Positions 26,264 through 40,292 of a stretch of 64,000 bases of DNA are shown here, piece by piece. The DNA lies in NCBI RefSeq assembly GCF_009834535.1, contig NC_045698.1:2544001-2608000 (forward strand). Reading direction: 5' to 3'. The position numbers and the translations under genes are program-made. This DNA comes from Camelus ferus (taxonomy: Eukaryota). Under the pieces are notes generated by a model, which did no database searches, was not told where the DNA came from, and saw only the letters and a list, made by a program, of their open reading frames with translations. How positions within the stretch are numbered: the first letter of the stretch is position 1; each line of letters starts with the position of its first letter.

Positions 26264-29200
26264 TGGGCTGAAGACGTGGGTGCAGACATCACTGCCTTAT
26301 GTCCAGCATCCTTTAACATGCTCGCTTTCTGTGAAGCTTGATATAAATCATGTCATTCTCTCCAGAACATAGTGCTTCTCTGGCCTGAAATGTGGAGCCC
26401 CGTGTCTGCAGAAAACAGCTCTAGCTTGCCTGCCCGACACCGTGGTCTGTGAGTGCCTGGTGCATTCGTGTGAAAAGGTGGCAGGCTCAGTGTGATCAGG
26501 GAGAGAGAGACAGAGAGCGTGACCCTCAGGGACTTTATAGTGCTCTTATTCACCTCCAATGTTCCTTGATTTCATTAAGGATCCGAATCTGAGTACACAG
26601 CACATATGGGTATCGCGAATGGTTCAAAACCCAGTTTGGTTGGCGCCCTATCCGTGAGGCTGGGCACCGCCTCGTGGGGACCCCGAGGGCAGCCGGGCAG
26701 CAGGTGTGGCGCTGGCCCAGCCTGGGCGGAGGAGCTAGGCGCCTGAACCCCGTCCTCCCCACGGGAATCCGGCCTGTTGTTCCCTGGGAGGCGGAGTGGT
26801 GTGTGTTCGCGAGCACAGTTTATAAATATTCTTCCCAATTTGGGGAACACGATCAAAGGCATTTTTAATATTGCATTCATTTAATTCTGGCAGGGAGGAA
26901 CGCGTCTGCCAAAGAGTTTCCCCAAATCCACGTTTGTAGCTTCTTGCAAACAAGGGGTGGAGACAGGAAAAAATGTCAGTGATTTTCCCAAACAAGAGCC
27001 CGGGTAGATTTGGAAAGCGAGAGAGAGGAGGCTTAGAGACAAGATGCCGCAGCGCAGTGTGGCGGACGCGCAGCTCACCACACGCACCGAAGAGCTCAGG
27101 GCTCGCTTCGTCGTTTCTGCCTCCCACGCCCCCTCCTCGGAGCCAGAATCCACTGAACTAGGCATGATGCTTTCAGGGCAGGCCGATCGGAGGACAGCGA
27201 CAGCCCCTTCCTGCACTGCTGGGCCCGGAGCCTCCCCAGCGGCCCCTTCCCTTCAGGCCGGGTGACTTGGAGCGGAGGGCGTGGGGCCCAGTGCAGAGGG
27301 CGAGGGCGGGGCGAGGGCGGGAGGACCCCACCTCAGCTCCTGTCTGCGGGCACCTGCTGCATTTCAAGTCTTGGCTTTTGGGACCCCTGACAGCTCTCTT
27401 GTCTCCCACGTGGGCAGAGCTGGTCCTGTGAGGGACCCTCCAGGATCCGCTGGGACCCTCTGGGTCTGAGCAGGGACAGTGGTCTGCCCTCTTCTTCTTG
27501 AGTCTTCTGACCCTGCCCCAGCAAGTCCTTTTCCCCGGCTCCCCAGTGAGCCTGTGACTTTGGTCCCTGTCCAGACCCTGCAGAGCCCAGGGAGACTCAG
27601 GGGATGTCAGCTTCCCCCAGTGCCTGAGAGGTGGCAGCGCCTAGTGAACGGGGAAGCCTGGAGCAGCCCCTCACAGAGGCCCACAAGGAGGGGAAAGGGT
27701 TCTCTTTCCTTCTGCCGTTGGGATCTCCTTCTCTTAAGGCTTAGTTTCCTCTCCAGACTGAAGTCCCAAGAGGGGAGACTGAGAGGCCGTCACCTTCCAG
27801 CCCCCAGCCTCCCTCCCACAACCTCCCTGCGCGCCCGTGGGGGATGAGCCCACCCCTCCCCACCTGTGGCCGTCCCGAGGCCCCACCCAGCCTGCACCGG
27901 CGATGGTGATCCTGGTGATGGACTTGGCACAATCCTCTCATAAGAGCACGGCTAGACTGTCTGGGCTGACTCTCTGTGAGGACCCCTATGGGGAAACCAG
28001 CAGGTGTCTGTTACCAGGAACTGTCCCTCTGTGTCCCTTTGTGACAAATGCCAGTCTCCGGGAGACGAGCTCACGGCCCTGCGTTCATGACGGCTGATTA
28101 GAAAACCTCATTTTGATTTGAAATATTGGTATATAGACACTCACAAAAATGCACGCATATCATTCAGCAGTTGTCCCTCGAGTGACGGCTGTGGGACAGC
28201 CCGTCAGGTGCATCGTAGAGTAAGGGGTCAGTGAGGGCGGCGAGCTGACCTGAGTTAAGTTATAATATTCACAGGAGCGCGTGGACTCCTCCCGCAGGGT
28301 CCGATCACGCGGGCACGGGGAGAAGCCTTTATTCTGTACAGATACATGATTTTTGCAAACATTAAACAAGAATTTCCGAAACTTTAAAGTCGTTTAAACA
28401 TCTTGCTCTGAAGGGATTCAGTGGTCAAGTGATTGGGGGAAGTTAAGAGGGCCGACGCTGAGAAAAAGGACGAAGAAACCTCACTCCATGGATACTTCTG
28501 ATTTAATTTTAAACAGGAAGTGCAACCATTTTTGGAGAACACCGTGGCCGTGGGTCCAGGAATGGTCCCAGGCCTGACTGTCGGTGTGGCTCGGCAGTTT
28601 GTGGGGACCCGAGCTCTCCTCGCAAGGTGACACGCCGTGAGAAACGTGAAAAAGGTGCAGCCCCCCTGAATCCTCCCCATCAGGTCACTACCCAGACGTG
28701 GGAACGTGTGTGTGTCAGGGGTCGCTCCAGGCAGCTGGGCTGCAGAATTGCCCGACCGGAGCAGTCTGTTTTATGTTTGGGGTAAAACAATAGTTCCTGG
28801 GGAAGCATTTGTCACCGGCAGCTCTGCCAGGATTGCTAACTGCCTCCAGAGGACCCTGACCAGCGGAGCCTTGAAAACGACGTGGGTTGCATGAACACTG
28901 TCTCTGGAAGCATCCTTGGCGCCAGCCGCCCCCCGACCTCTCCCGCGGTTCCAGCTGGCGGAGACGCGCCGCAGGAAAAGAAGGTCACCGGGAAACGGCG
29001 GTGATGGAAAGCCGTCTCCCGAGTCAGGAGGCGGGACTGGCCATCAGGGTTATAATTAAGCAGTAATCCCCAGAAACGCAGTCGTTACCAGCAGTTAATA
29101 AGGACTCTGTTGGTTAACAGCTCGACCCGAAGATGGAGGTTGTTAACACTCCATCAAACTCCTTGTTAAGGGCGCTGAGGTTTTATGGAAACACACTTGG

Positions 29201-31499
29201 ATCGCAGCTGGAGAGCCGTGTGGGCATCGCGCAGCCCCCAGTGGCTAATGACCGGGTTTTTCCACCAGTGCGCGCACCGGGCACATTCCATCGTGTTTAC
29301 ATAATAGCTGTTAACTGCCGCAGACCGGTGCCACCGCGTTCGGGGACTCGATGCGACTCGGGCTCACCTGCGTCCCCCTCCTGGCGTGAAAGGCATGTTT
29401 TGTTGTTGATGTTACTCTTTGTTGTCGACGTGGCCGGGGTTTCGACCTCTGTGGTTGACCCAACTCTTACTGCAGTTCTTAAACTTAAGAGACGGTGCAA
29501 GAAAGGCAAGGTGTGTCTGACTGATGCTGGTTGGCGTCCCAGGGACCAGCTGCAGAGGGCATCCGTCCTGTTCCACACGCGGGGCGCCCTTCCGGCCCCT
29601 TCCAGGGCTCGAGCTTTCCTCTGGGGGTGATGGACAGGGGAGCCAAGGACTGTCATCAGAGGCACGGCTTGTAGTTATTCACCGAGAAGGAGCCTCCTTT
29701 CTCTTTAGGATGCTGTTCGCTGGACCTCGTCCTGGAGAACCCACTGCAGGGACGTCTCTTTTCCTCTTTTGACAGAAAGGAGAGGGTGTGACTGAGACAA
29801 TCAAACCATCTGCAGTGAAGTCCCAGACCAGGAGAACCACCAGAGGGGTGAGTGAGCTGCATGATCAGATGTGCGGGAAGACCCTGGAACTAGCTACGGT
29901 CTGCACAGAACACGGGACTTCTGGCTTGTTTATTGTCCCTGGAAGGAACCGCTCCAGCCGAGAGGGACCCATGTGGAGACGCTCAGGTCTGCCCCTCTGT
30001 GCACGGAGTCAGCACGGCTCTGGGTCTTCCACCTGCTAAGTTACTACCCGGAACCCATTCCTTTGTCAGGAATGTCTGCGTGTCCAGAATTCATTATCAT
30101 ACTAATGCCCAGTGGCTCCTCGTGCAGGGATGCGGGCTTCCCGGGGCGTGGGGGGAGGAGGGCAGCCTCTGGAACAGGCGGTGTTCAGAGCCCTGCGCAG
30201 ATGGGCCCGGGTCCTTTGTTCCGCCCGCCCGGGAGGCTGTTATGGGAAGCAGCCAACCTGCCTCTGTCGCGGGGAACGTGGTCGCGCCATTGTGTGCTGG
30301 TAATCGTTACTATGTACGTGGAATCCGAGGGGCCGCTCCGGATACTGAGCACAAGTGCCAGGAGCCCTTGGCCGGACCAGACGACACATGTCCTGCGCCG
30401 CTGCCACACTCAGCCCGTCACCTCTGCTCAAGGAGGGGTCCTTCTGACAGTGCAATTAAATAGTGTGATTTATTTACAAAAGATTCTCCAAAGAAGCCCC
30501 GGGCAATCTGTCTCGGACACTCTCCCGTGTGGCTGCCTTAAAGGCTCTGCCACAAGGAAACGTTATCTCTGCCCCTGTGGTACCAAGGTGGGTGGACCAC
30601 GAATGAAACACTGACCACCGGCGACACGGAGGTGGAGAGAGCATCGCCGTCTTCCCAGTGTTTGGAGTGTGGTCCCCCTGCTCTCGGCTCCACAGCCACG
30701 GTCACCGTGTCTGGTCCTGCAGAACCACGCTGCTGAAAGTCGGGGGTCTGCACAGGCTAGTCCACGTGTACAGCTTCAGTCACAAAGTGGACTATGTCAG
30801 TTTAGACAGAAGGTACCTTCTTACTTTGGTTCATGGTTGATAAGAAAAAAAAAGTGAGTTTGAAGTTAATATTTTTTAAGTCATTCAGGGTGGAGACCTG
30901 GGTTGGCCGAAGGCCAAGGTCAGAACCCACCCCTGGTCCATCCTTCACACCCACCCAACGCCTCCCTCCCTCCGTCCACTGTCCATGGTGCTGCCTGCGT
31001 GGGCACGCCTTGCTCCTGAGTCCCAGCAATTCCCAGTTTCTCTCCTCCAGGGCCTCCTTCCAGGCAGGCTGAGTGGCCCTCCTGCTGAAGGAGCCTGGCC
31101 CCCGTTACAGAGCCTTCCGCCCCCTTCCCCTTGGGTCTCCATTGCTTGGAGGTCGGGGGGATCCCAGCAATGAGGATTCGCTTTGTCAGCAGGGTGGCTG
31201 CAGAGAAACTTACTTTCTGTCCCTTCAAGGCAGGACTCAGTGGAAGGAGCCCCTTCATCTCTGCCCTCCTCACCCTTCAGTGTGGACCCACCCTCAGCAG
31301 ACACATGGGTCACGGGAACGCCGGTCACACGATCCCTTCCTCTGCCTCCTAAGAGGTGCCCTGCGCTGACGGACGCTGCCCTCAGTCCCTGGCCTGCGAC
31401 CCCGCACCTCCCATCTGCTGTCCTCTATCAGTCCCGACTTTCACCCGTGCTGGTGCCCTTTGCGAGGGATGGAAGAAGGGCAGCCCGGACCCAGAGCCA

Positions 31500-31900
31500 C
31501 CTGTGGGGCTAAGGCTCTGCTGGGCAGGTGGACATGAAGCCAACAGTGGACGTGGAGACGCGCTCATAGTCCAAGAGGCAGGAAGGAGAAGTGTGGGGTG
31601 TCCCAGGAACACACAGAAAGCGCAACGGGGTGCTATTTGAGGGGTGAGGGCACGGCCAGGAATGCTGAGCTGAGATCTGAGGGATGACAATTCGTTAGCC
31701 AAGGAAGGACATGGGAAGCCGATTTCCAGAGACCAGGCTGTGGAGCGAGGCCTGAGAGGAGGGGCGAGGCTCAGCGAGAGGCTGGAGTGAGCGCGAGATT
31801 GAGGGAGAGAAGACAGCCCCCCCTTAAAGAGGCTGGAAGCCAGGTGGGCTCGTTCAGGCAGGGACTTGGCCCGTCTGGATTCGGGGCTTCATCCTAACAA
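31500..31900 (-). mobile_element. probable L2 remnant
   Basis: ctgagctgagatctgagggatga...gttagccaagg..gggaag..atttccag resembles the L2 3' region; heavily diverged. Confidence 0.45.
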
Positions 31901-32602
31901 CTTTCAGCCCTTGATGTCCATCACGATTTGTCCCCCAGGATGAAAGATTTTATGCAGAGAAAAGTAAGTCAAGACTTGCAGCTTTCACAGGCCTCACGGG
32001 CTGGCATGGAGGAGCAAACCGGGTGGGGCGGCGGTGGGAGGAGGGGGCGCCTGGCGCTGGTGAGGGGCTGTGGTCTCAGGCTACAGCAGATGAGAAGCAC
32101 AGTGGCTTCTCTGCTCCATCAAAGGCCAAGTTCATGTGACAGAAATCATGCAGTTGTGAGGAAGAACCACGGCAAAGGATGCCCTGGGTCAGCTACTTCC
32201 AGTTCAAAGAGCGTCCATTCGGAAGTCTGACGAATAATCACATCGTTTCTGCCGGAAGCCAAAGCAGCTGCTTCTCCCTCTTTTCATCTCCTCCCTCGCA
32301 CACTGGGGATGACAGGACCATGGCAGGCTTAGGGACCCTTGGATGGGTGAGGCTGGTGGCCTGAGCTGACCTGTGTCACACACTTACCCCACGCAGTGCA
32401 GACCACAGGGCTCTGGAGGTGCGAGCACTGGTCCTTTCTGGGAGCCAGCACTGGCCTCTTCACAGGGGATGCCCAGCCCTCCAAACCGAGGGCTAATGTG
32501 TGGACGGGCAGATACCACTTCCCTGGGAACCACATTACAGCACGCGGTTCCAGGAAATTAACTCACCAAGATGTGGGAAACAAAACCAAACCCAACCCAC
32601 CC

Positions 32603-32906
32603 GGACTACTTTCCATCCAGGATGCTATAACAGAGTATCATAGAATGTGGCTTGTAAACAACAGATTTTTCTTTCTTTCTGTCACACTTCTGGAGGCTGG
32701 AAGTCCAAGACCAAGGCGCTGGCAGATTTCACGTCTGGTGAGACCCCCTTCCTGTCCTCACACGGTGGCAGGAGCAAGGGATCCCTCTGGGGTCTCTTAT
32801 AAGGACACTTATCTCATCCCTGCACCTTCCAAAGGCCCCAGCTCACACCGGGAGTTAGCACGCCCCCATGGGAATTTTGAGGGGACATGCACATTTGTCT
32901 AAAGCA
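32603..32906 (-). mobile_element. MLT1A-like MaLR solo LTR
   Basis: gctataacagagtatcataga..ggcttgtaaacaacaga, ttctggaggctggaagtccaagaccaaggcgctggcagattt, ttataaggacact, gaattttgaggggaca. Confidence 0.85.
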
Positions 32907-35456
32907 TCATTTATTTTTTTCCCTAATTTCTGAATTACAGGATGGCATTTGTAGCCCACTCTCCTGAATATTTCTAAGGTTAATCATCATAATAAACCAG
33001 ATGCCTAGAAAAAAGATAAACTTAGATAAGAACTGGAAACCATATATACGAAGAGGTCATCCCCTTCCGTGACCTTCCATGAGAAATCTCAACACTCACA
33101 CAGGGTGGGAACCGCTGTGGACTCAGCATCGCATCAGTCACGCAAAAGTTGTTGCTACTGATAATTTGTTTCTTTGTGTTACCAGGGCGGTGGTAACTTT
33201 TTTTAAATAACTTTTTTTTAAACTTTTTTTAAAAAAGGAAATTTCAACTATATATTAAAAGTTTTAGAAGTTTGTTTGATACCTGATCACTTACGTGGCG
33301 TAGTGTAATAAATCTTTATCTCATTGGCTTCAGGACAGATACGACTTGGAGGTGTCTCAGCAAGATGGATACAAAACATGATGCAAACAAGAAAATGTAC
33401 CTGAAGCCACGCAGTGTCGAAGGAGCAAGGCTTGGTTCACTCGTGTGTGAAAACGTGCTAACTTCCCTGGGACGACGTGGCCCATTGCCTAGCCGGGGGA
33501 TAGCACTCGAATATCTAAAACTTCACCTCTCTCGCAGAGGGCTGTGGACCAGCCTCAGATATGTGGATAATGCCACTTGTAACAGTAAGTCAGTACTGGA
33601 ACAGAAATCTTTTTTAATCCGATTATTTTTTTAAATTTATTTTAAGGCCCATTCCAAGTCTTTCGCTGGGAATGCTGGGCTGCTGGGCGTGCTTTGTTTT
33701 CAATGTAAACAAGCAAAGCTGGAAACCCGAGGAAGCCTCTCCTCGAAATAGTTCATTGTTTCCCGGTGACGTAAACAGTTGCTGACTGGCTGCAGTGGAG
33801 GATCCCAGGTCAGGGCCCCAGGAAGTGTCCCGACACCTCCCAGCTTCAGCCAGGAGCCCTGACCTCCTGTCCTGGAGCCTCCGTCGTCAGTCGTGTCCCC
33901 TCTGCATTGAAGTAAACACTCCATCCACTCCTTGGACAGAGCCAGGGAACTGAAAACTGAGCAAGACAGGTGGCGGCGGCGGAAAGCAAGTGCAGGAACA
34001 TCACAAAACCAGGGCTCAGCTCTCAGCCCAGACCCGGGACCCCCTTGTCCAGCCACCACGTTCTAGTCCCCACGTGACAAGAGTGTCTACGAAGAGACAT
34101 TTTACTCCAAATCAAATCTCTAGGTGAGAGAACTGGCAATTCAAAATCCAAAAGTCTCCAGCCGGAGCTGAATAGCTGGTGCCTCCCGCACGGGAGCTGC
34201 ACGCGCAGAGCGCGTCGGCGCGTCTCGTCGCCGGGCTGACTCAGCAGCGCCCCCCCGTGTCCGTGTGCTGGGTCACGGCCGCCACCTCCGCAGCCTGCCA
34301 GCGCTGGGGAGCCCCGCCTGCACACGCACCACCCTTAGATTTTTACCCAAGTGTCTCCTCGCCCTGATTTTGTGCTTAATTATCCAGCCTGAGTGGGCTC
34401 ATCCCTGCACTCAATCAAAATGTTACATCAAACGCAGAGGGTGTCTGCAGTGGGTAGAATATATCCATTGAAAAGTGAGTTTAAAAAAAGCTTTTCTGGG
34501 CCCGCAGCTAGATGGTGTGGCTGGGGGCAGGCTGTGCGGTCAGCTCTTGGTTCAGGGGCAGTTCGTAGGCCAAGTTCACCCGCAGAATCACCGCCCTTGA
34601 AAGACGCCAGCACAGTCAGGTTCACGGCCACAGCAAACCGCCTGCCTGAGCTGAGCTGGAGGGCTCAGGGGAACAGGGTGCCAGTCACAGGGTGCGGGAC
34701 TAAGATGCTTCGTTGGGACAGCCCCCAGCTAGGTCTGCCTCTTCCAGAAATTTCTCCTGGGGCGTCGACATTTTCTGCAGAATCAAGACACAATCACAGC
34801 AGGCTGAAAAGATGTGTCAGGTCCAATTCCAACAGGCTGAGCCACAGAGTCGAAGCCAGAAAACATAAAGGGTGCCGAGGCCTCGGGACAATCCAATTGA
34901 CCTCTTTTGGGGGGTTTCCCCACATCTCTGCCCCTGCCCAGAGGGACCTCCACAGCCCGGATATCCCAGGGTCTCTGTAAGAGAGGACTGCCTCGGGGGT
35001 CTGCCCGGGGCGCTTCTGGGCACCGTGGATGGGGAAGAAGATGTTTCTGCAGAAGGCTGCAGGAAGAGCCGGGGTTTAAACTTGCATTAATCACTCTCTA
35101 TAGTCCAGCCACCGCGGGACTGCCAGCGGCCCGGCGGCATCTGTGATAAAGACCTCACAGTGCTCATGAAAAAGACAGACATCTCATAATGGCAGTGCAA
35201 GCTTTATTCAAACTGTTATTTAAAAGGTGGGGAGGGGGCCACCAGGAAGAGATGGGAGATGGTCCCACAGGGCAGGAGAGGAGGAGGAAGCTCCCCAAAA
35301 GAGGCTCTGAGGAGAGGGACTTTGCCCCGTGTTGGCTGTTTCTTATAACCACAAAGGAGACAACGTCTGCTCTGATCTGGTTCCTGTGGGGACATAGGTG
35401 GGTGGGCGTAAGCTGCATCTTCTCACTGAACCTTCCAGAAGGGTCTGGGTGGGGGG

Positions 35457-35862
35457 TGTGGCTAGGTTCTCCAGACGAGCAGACCCAAGCAGGAGCCGAC
35501 AACCCTGCAGAAAGTGTGAGACAGCCTGAGCTCACGAGGTGATGGGAGGGAGGCCTGAGTCGCTGGCAGGAGACCCCAGGAGCCCCTGGCGGTTCTAGTC
35601 CGGGGGCGGGAAGGGACCAGCATCTCAGCTCCAAGGCCATCAGGCCAGCAGAGCGTCCTCTCAACCGAGGGAGGGGGTGCCTTTTTGTTGTGTTCCGTCC
35701 TTTAAGGGATTGGACAAGACCCAACCACACTGGGAGGTCAACCTGCTGACTCAGTTCACCCATTCAAAGCCACTGTCATCTGGAAACACCCAGAATCAGA
35801 TCTGACCACACTTCTGGGCCCCCCATGGCCCAGTCAGGTTGACCCATAAATCCACCTTTGCA
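35457..35862 (-). mobile_element. MLT2-type ERVL solo LTR
   Basis: ggttctccaga...gattggacaagacccaaccacactgggagg.caacctgct...tggcccagtcaggttgacccataaat. Confidence 0.8.
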
Positions 35863-37099
35863 GGGGGCAAAGCGCGGTGGAGAGGTCTTGCCGGGACGTG
35901 GTGCTCCAGAATGTTCCTCCACACATGTCTGCACTTCAGAGAGACCTTAGTGAGCTGGGGGTGGGGCCTCCACGTGGGGCTCGGAGGGGAGAAGGGAGGA
36001 CCCACCCCGAGCCTGCGGCAGGAGCCCAGGTGGGGCCGTCCCTGGGTGAGGACGCTGGCCAGTTTATGGCTTAGGGCTCTGATCTAAGGATTCAAGCAAC
36101 ACTTTTCTTTCAGAATTAAATTTAAAAAAAAAAGAAAAGAAAAGAAAGAAGGAAACAGAGCTGGGCCTTGCTGCCCCCCTCCCCGAGTGCAGAAGCCCCC
36201 CAGTGACCCGCCTGCCTCCTTTTTCGAGGGGAAAGGCTTAGTCGCCTAGGACTTTCTTGGTTCCAAAGAGTGGACTCAGCCAGTCAGTGATTAGGGAAGT
36301 GAGGGGCCGCAGGGACAGAGGGGCAGCCGTCAGGGCGCAGCAGCTGGGTTCTAGCAGGCACTTGGGTTTGAAACCCTCCCACAATGAACGTGCAGAAAAT
36401 GAGAAATTGTAGTAAATCCTATTTCCTCCTTTGACTTTGGTGCCAGAGAAATGTAGACTTAAATGCACTGTAGCTAAATTACAACAGGTATTCTTGATAA
36501 TAATTTTCTCTCTTCCTGGATTTTATAACCATTTTAAAATTTCCATTTAAAAATCTTATAATAGGTTTCTCTCTCCCTCTCTTTTTCTTTTGCAAATACC
36601 AAATCAGTCCTTTGAAGGAAATGAGAATACAAATCACAAAAACTTCCAATATGTTTATATATGTCTCCATGAAACTTGTGTTCCTGTCTAAACATTCAGC
36701 TGCGTCTTCATGAAACAACGTGGAAAGGCATGAGAAGGGGCCGGGGTTTCTCCCTGGGCAAGATCATAGGTGTTAAGTTATTAGGACATAATGACTCTTA
36801 ACAAAGGGTTCAGATATCTCACTCACACCACCACCCTCATCCTTCATTAAACACAAACATATTTTGCATGTTTTTCATATGTTCTGCTCAGAGTTTCCAA
36901 GTTTTTTATCTGCTTCCTTCTCAGTAACCCAGTAAAGTTACATCTCTGTTTTGGTAGAACAAAGGCACTGATAAGGTCTGCAGGGTTCAGACCTTTCTCA
37001 GCATTGTGCCTGGACAGCTGGTGTGCTGGAGGCCACTGGAGCTGGTGCCAGGGAAGGCAGAGTGCATCACACAGGGAGGCCTGGTCCCCACGCTGCTCT

Positions 37100-37225
37100 G
37101 TGTGGACCTGCAGGCTGCGGAGACTGGATAAGCCCCCTGATGTTACAACCCCTCTGTGTTCTCATCTGTAAAGTGAGAGCTTGGCAGTAAATCCTCCTTA
37201 AGTGCTCTTTCCACCTTTAGCATAA
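37100..37225 (+). mobile_element. MIR fragment
   Basis: cctctgtgttctcatctgtaaagtgag, the MIR core. Confidence 0.55.
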
Positions 37226-38375
37226 TTTAGGATTCAGTGACATGTGAGCAAAGAAGGAGAGAGAAACCAGAAATCAGGAAACTTAGTGGCAAAAAGAATT
37301 GAGGTAGAGATTCTGATTTGAGAAATCCACTCAACATTGGTGGCAAAAGCTATAAAACAAGAGCGAGCATCATTTTTGGCAGGTGCACTGGAGCCGGCAG
37401 AGGAAGCCCTATGCCGCCAGATGCCAGATTTCCCACGAATCAGAATATCTGTCCTCCACCACCGTCATCTGAACGTCACACCTTTGCTTAAAATTCTGAC
37501 AGCTCTCAAAATGCAGATATACCTGGGGTAAGATTGTAGCATCTTAGCAAAAATGAACAATCTATTAAGTTGAAGAAAGACCAGCATGGAGGAGAGGGGA
37601 GCACGGGAATGTGGGTACCAGGGCTCTGTCTCCTAAAGGGGAGGGTGGGGGTGGGGACGGGGCCCCAGAGGAACAAGTCTCCATCCCGCACCCACCGTGC
37701 CGCTCCACACGGAAAGCACTCCTCCCGCCACTGGAGTCTCACAGCAATTTAAAATGATTCTTTTCCTCAAAGAACGTGCGATCCTTTCGTGCCTAAATAT
37801 TTTGTCAAGTCACATGGCAACAAATGGCTGCCTATTATGCCAGTTCGCTCCTCTCGCTTCACAGTGAAGTCTGGACCCAGACCACCAGAGCTACTGTTGG
37901 GAGAGTGATGGTCGAGGTTTTTGCTGGTGGAGAACCTTCTATAACCAACACACGAATCGTGGAAAACGCGCCTTTATTTTCGGGCCGGATGCCTTGTGAT
38001 TCACATTAGTGTTGCTCCATGCCAGCCGTTTTTATTTTAGGAAGTGACGAAGCAAGGCTTCCCATGTCCATCTTTCTTTCCTTGGTGCACAAACCAGGTC
38101 ACACTAAGTGCAAACTGGGAGCAAGAAAATCACACGCCTTCCCCAACTTACGGATTTTAAAGAGGAAGCTGCCCTCTTCTTCCACAGAGAGTTCTGAGAA
38201 GAGGAAATGATTTTCTTTCTTAAGGCACATTTTTTTGAACCTTTTGTTTTTTTTTTCTTAAGTAAGTTTTATCTTGGAATTTCCAAGGGCAGTAGATCCA
38301 CAGGGACGCGTACAGAACTAACGAGACAATTTCAGCTAAGAATTCAGTAGGAGACGCTCTTGCCAGGCTAAGGTT

Positions 38376-38492
38376 TGTGCATGTGTGTCTGTGTGTGTGC
38401 ACGTGTGTATGTGTGCAGGTGTTGGTGTGCCTGTGTGTGTGTCTGTGTGTCCATGTGTATGTGCATTTGTGTGTGTGTGTGTGTCTGTGTGT
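38376..38492. repeat. degenerate (TG)n
   Basis: direct reading. Confidence 0.85.
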
Positions 38493-39180
38493 ACGTACTT
38501 TGTATCGCATGCAATTACATCTAACACCCTGATCTGAAGTCAAGGACAGAGGCCGAACCTATGCTCTCTGAGGAACATACTCTCCATACACCTACTCTAA
38601 ATTTTCCTTCAAGAAAGTCCCTGTTGTGATGGAGAAAGGTGTGGCTGGGACCTACAGCTGTGGGTTCTTGTCCTGGAGCAGTGACTTAGTAATGATGGAA
38701 AATCACGCAGGGATGTCACTGCTAGTCCTACTGTCCTCACGTACGAATGACGGACTTGTGCGTGATGGTCACTCACAGAGGGTGTGGGGAGGTTGAGGTT
38801 GCATGCTGTGCTGGGAACTTAGGACTCATTGTGACAAATCACATCACACCCTGACGGGTAAGAAACCAGACGGGTGAGCTTCTCAGCTGCTCTTGATGTC
38901 AGATCTACCTGCTCCAACTGGGAGGGGAGCAGGGAGGAGGGTCACCTGGGAGCTACGTGGGGAAGCAGTCCTGCCCTGGAGCTGGCTGTGGGCAGTGCGA
39001 GATCCAGGACAGAGCCTGATGCTCTCACAGGGAGGACGTGTTATCATGAGACTTTGGGGGTAAAGTAATGAGACAAATCCCAGTTTTCAGAGGGGCAGAG
39101 CTACATGGTATAAATGGGAAGCTGGATTGCTAAAACTTTGGAATAACAGAGAGATGAGTTTGGAAACATTGAAAGAATTT

Positions 39181-39315
39181 TTAACCTCAGTCTCTTCATT
39201 TGTAAAATGAGGATGTTATTATCTTCCTTAAAGGATTTCCATAAGAATTAATTGAAACCAGTGAATTCATTCCATTATACGATTTTCGTAAGTGATAGCT
39301 ATCACGGCACCCTGG
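39181..39315 (+). mobile_element. MIR fragment
   Basis: aacctcagtctcttcatttgtaaaatgaggat, the MIR core. Confidence 0.65.
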
Positions 39316-39321
39316 TGCCAA

Positions 39322-39760
39322 TGCAGCAGTTAGTTCTGGTGTAACAAACATCCCCAAGCTCCCGGACATTAGACAGTAAGTGCTTATCATTCCTCGGACA
39401 CCTACCGGCCAGCAGGGCTGACTCACACCTCCGTGATCAACCAGGGTGGTGGGGGGTGGCCAGTCCAGCGGGTCCCGAGTCCTCGGGCTGGGATGACGGG
39501 TTTCTCTCTGTAGGTCGGTCTGGGCTCTCTCTAAGGTCAGTGCTGTTGGGGGCCAGGAGAGAGAGCGGGCTGCACAGCTGCTGGAGGCTTAGAACCGCCA
39601 GTTCATCACTACCCCACGTTCTCTTGGCCAAGACAGGTCATGAGGTCACCCTGATTCAAAGGAAGGGGACATCGAGTGCCACTGTTTAGTGAGAGCAGCC
39701 AAGACACATGGCCACGGCGAAGCACAGGCAGGTGAGATGGGGCTGCCTGGAAGTCACTGG
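39322..39760 (-). mobile_element. old MaLR LTR (MLT1I/J/K-like)
   Basis: gtaacaaacatccccaa...cacgttctcttggccaagacaggtcatgaggtcaccctgattcaaaggaagggga. Confidence 0.6.
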
Positions 39761-40225
39761 TCTGATCGCAATGCTCCACTTTGCTGAAATTTCACTTACT
39801 GATGAATCAAGTAAATGCCTCTGGCTGCTGCTTCTGAAAAGAGTGTTCTCAGATTTGGAAGGTACGTCTTACACTTTGCCTCAAAAGCATGCCTGTCTCC
39901 CTTTTGAAAGTGACACGGATGTAGCTATCACGTAGCACCATGTTTAACCCATCAAGTGATGGCTGACAACGATGACTTCAATCGCAAGTGTTCACGATGT
40001 GGAAAAACATGTCAGATAAGACACAGAGCTCTTCCACCCAAGATCACTCGATCGTGAACCATACGTGATCCGTACATGCATGTCTGCTGATTTGCTTTTA
40101 CAGTATATTCTGATTTCTCTGTTTCTTAGGGTGGCTATTGTGTAAGGAAGAGAAACATCACCTTAGAGTACGTGCCATGACCTAGGTCTGAGTGCACGCT
40201 TCTTCAAGATTGTATATGATCCCTT

Positions 40226-40231
40226 TTTATT
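40226..40231 (-). terminator. AATAAA poly(A) signal of the candidate minus-strand transcript
   Basis: plus strand tttatt, about 60 nt past the stop of the 40293 ORF; GT-rich gtgatgtttct lies downstream on the minus strand. Confidence 0.4.
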
Positions 40232-40292
40232 AAAATTTCTGCATTTTACAGTATAGTAAAGGTTCAGAAAATTGTTGGAAGCAAACCCACGA

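Noticed and set aside
29871..30614. 247-aa ORF
   Set aside because: GTG start, no family similarity, no convincing splice context
34393..35763. 195-aa and 199-aa ORFs
   Set aside because: The second overlaps an MLT2 LTR; neither shows domain similarity or exon signals
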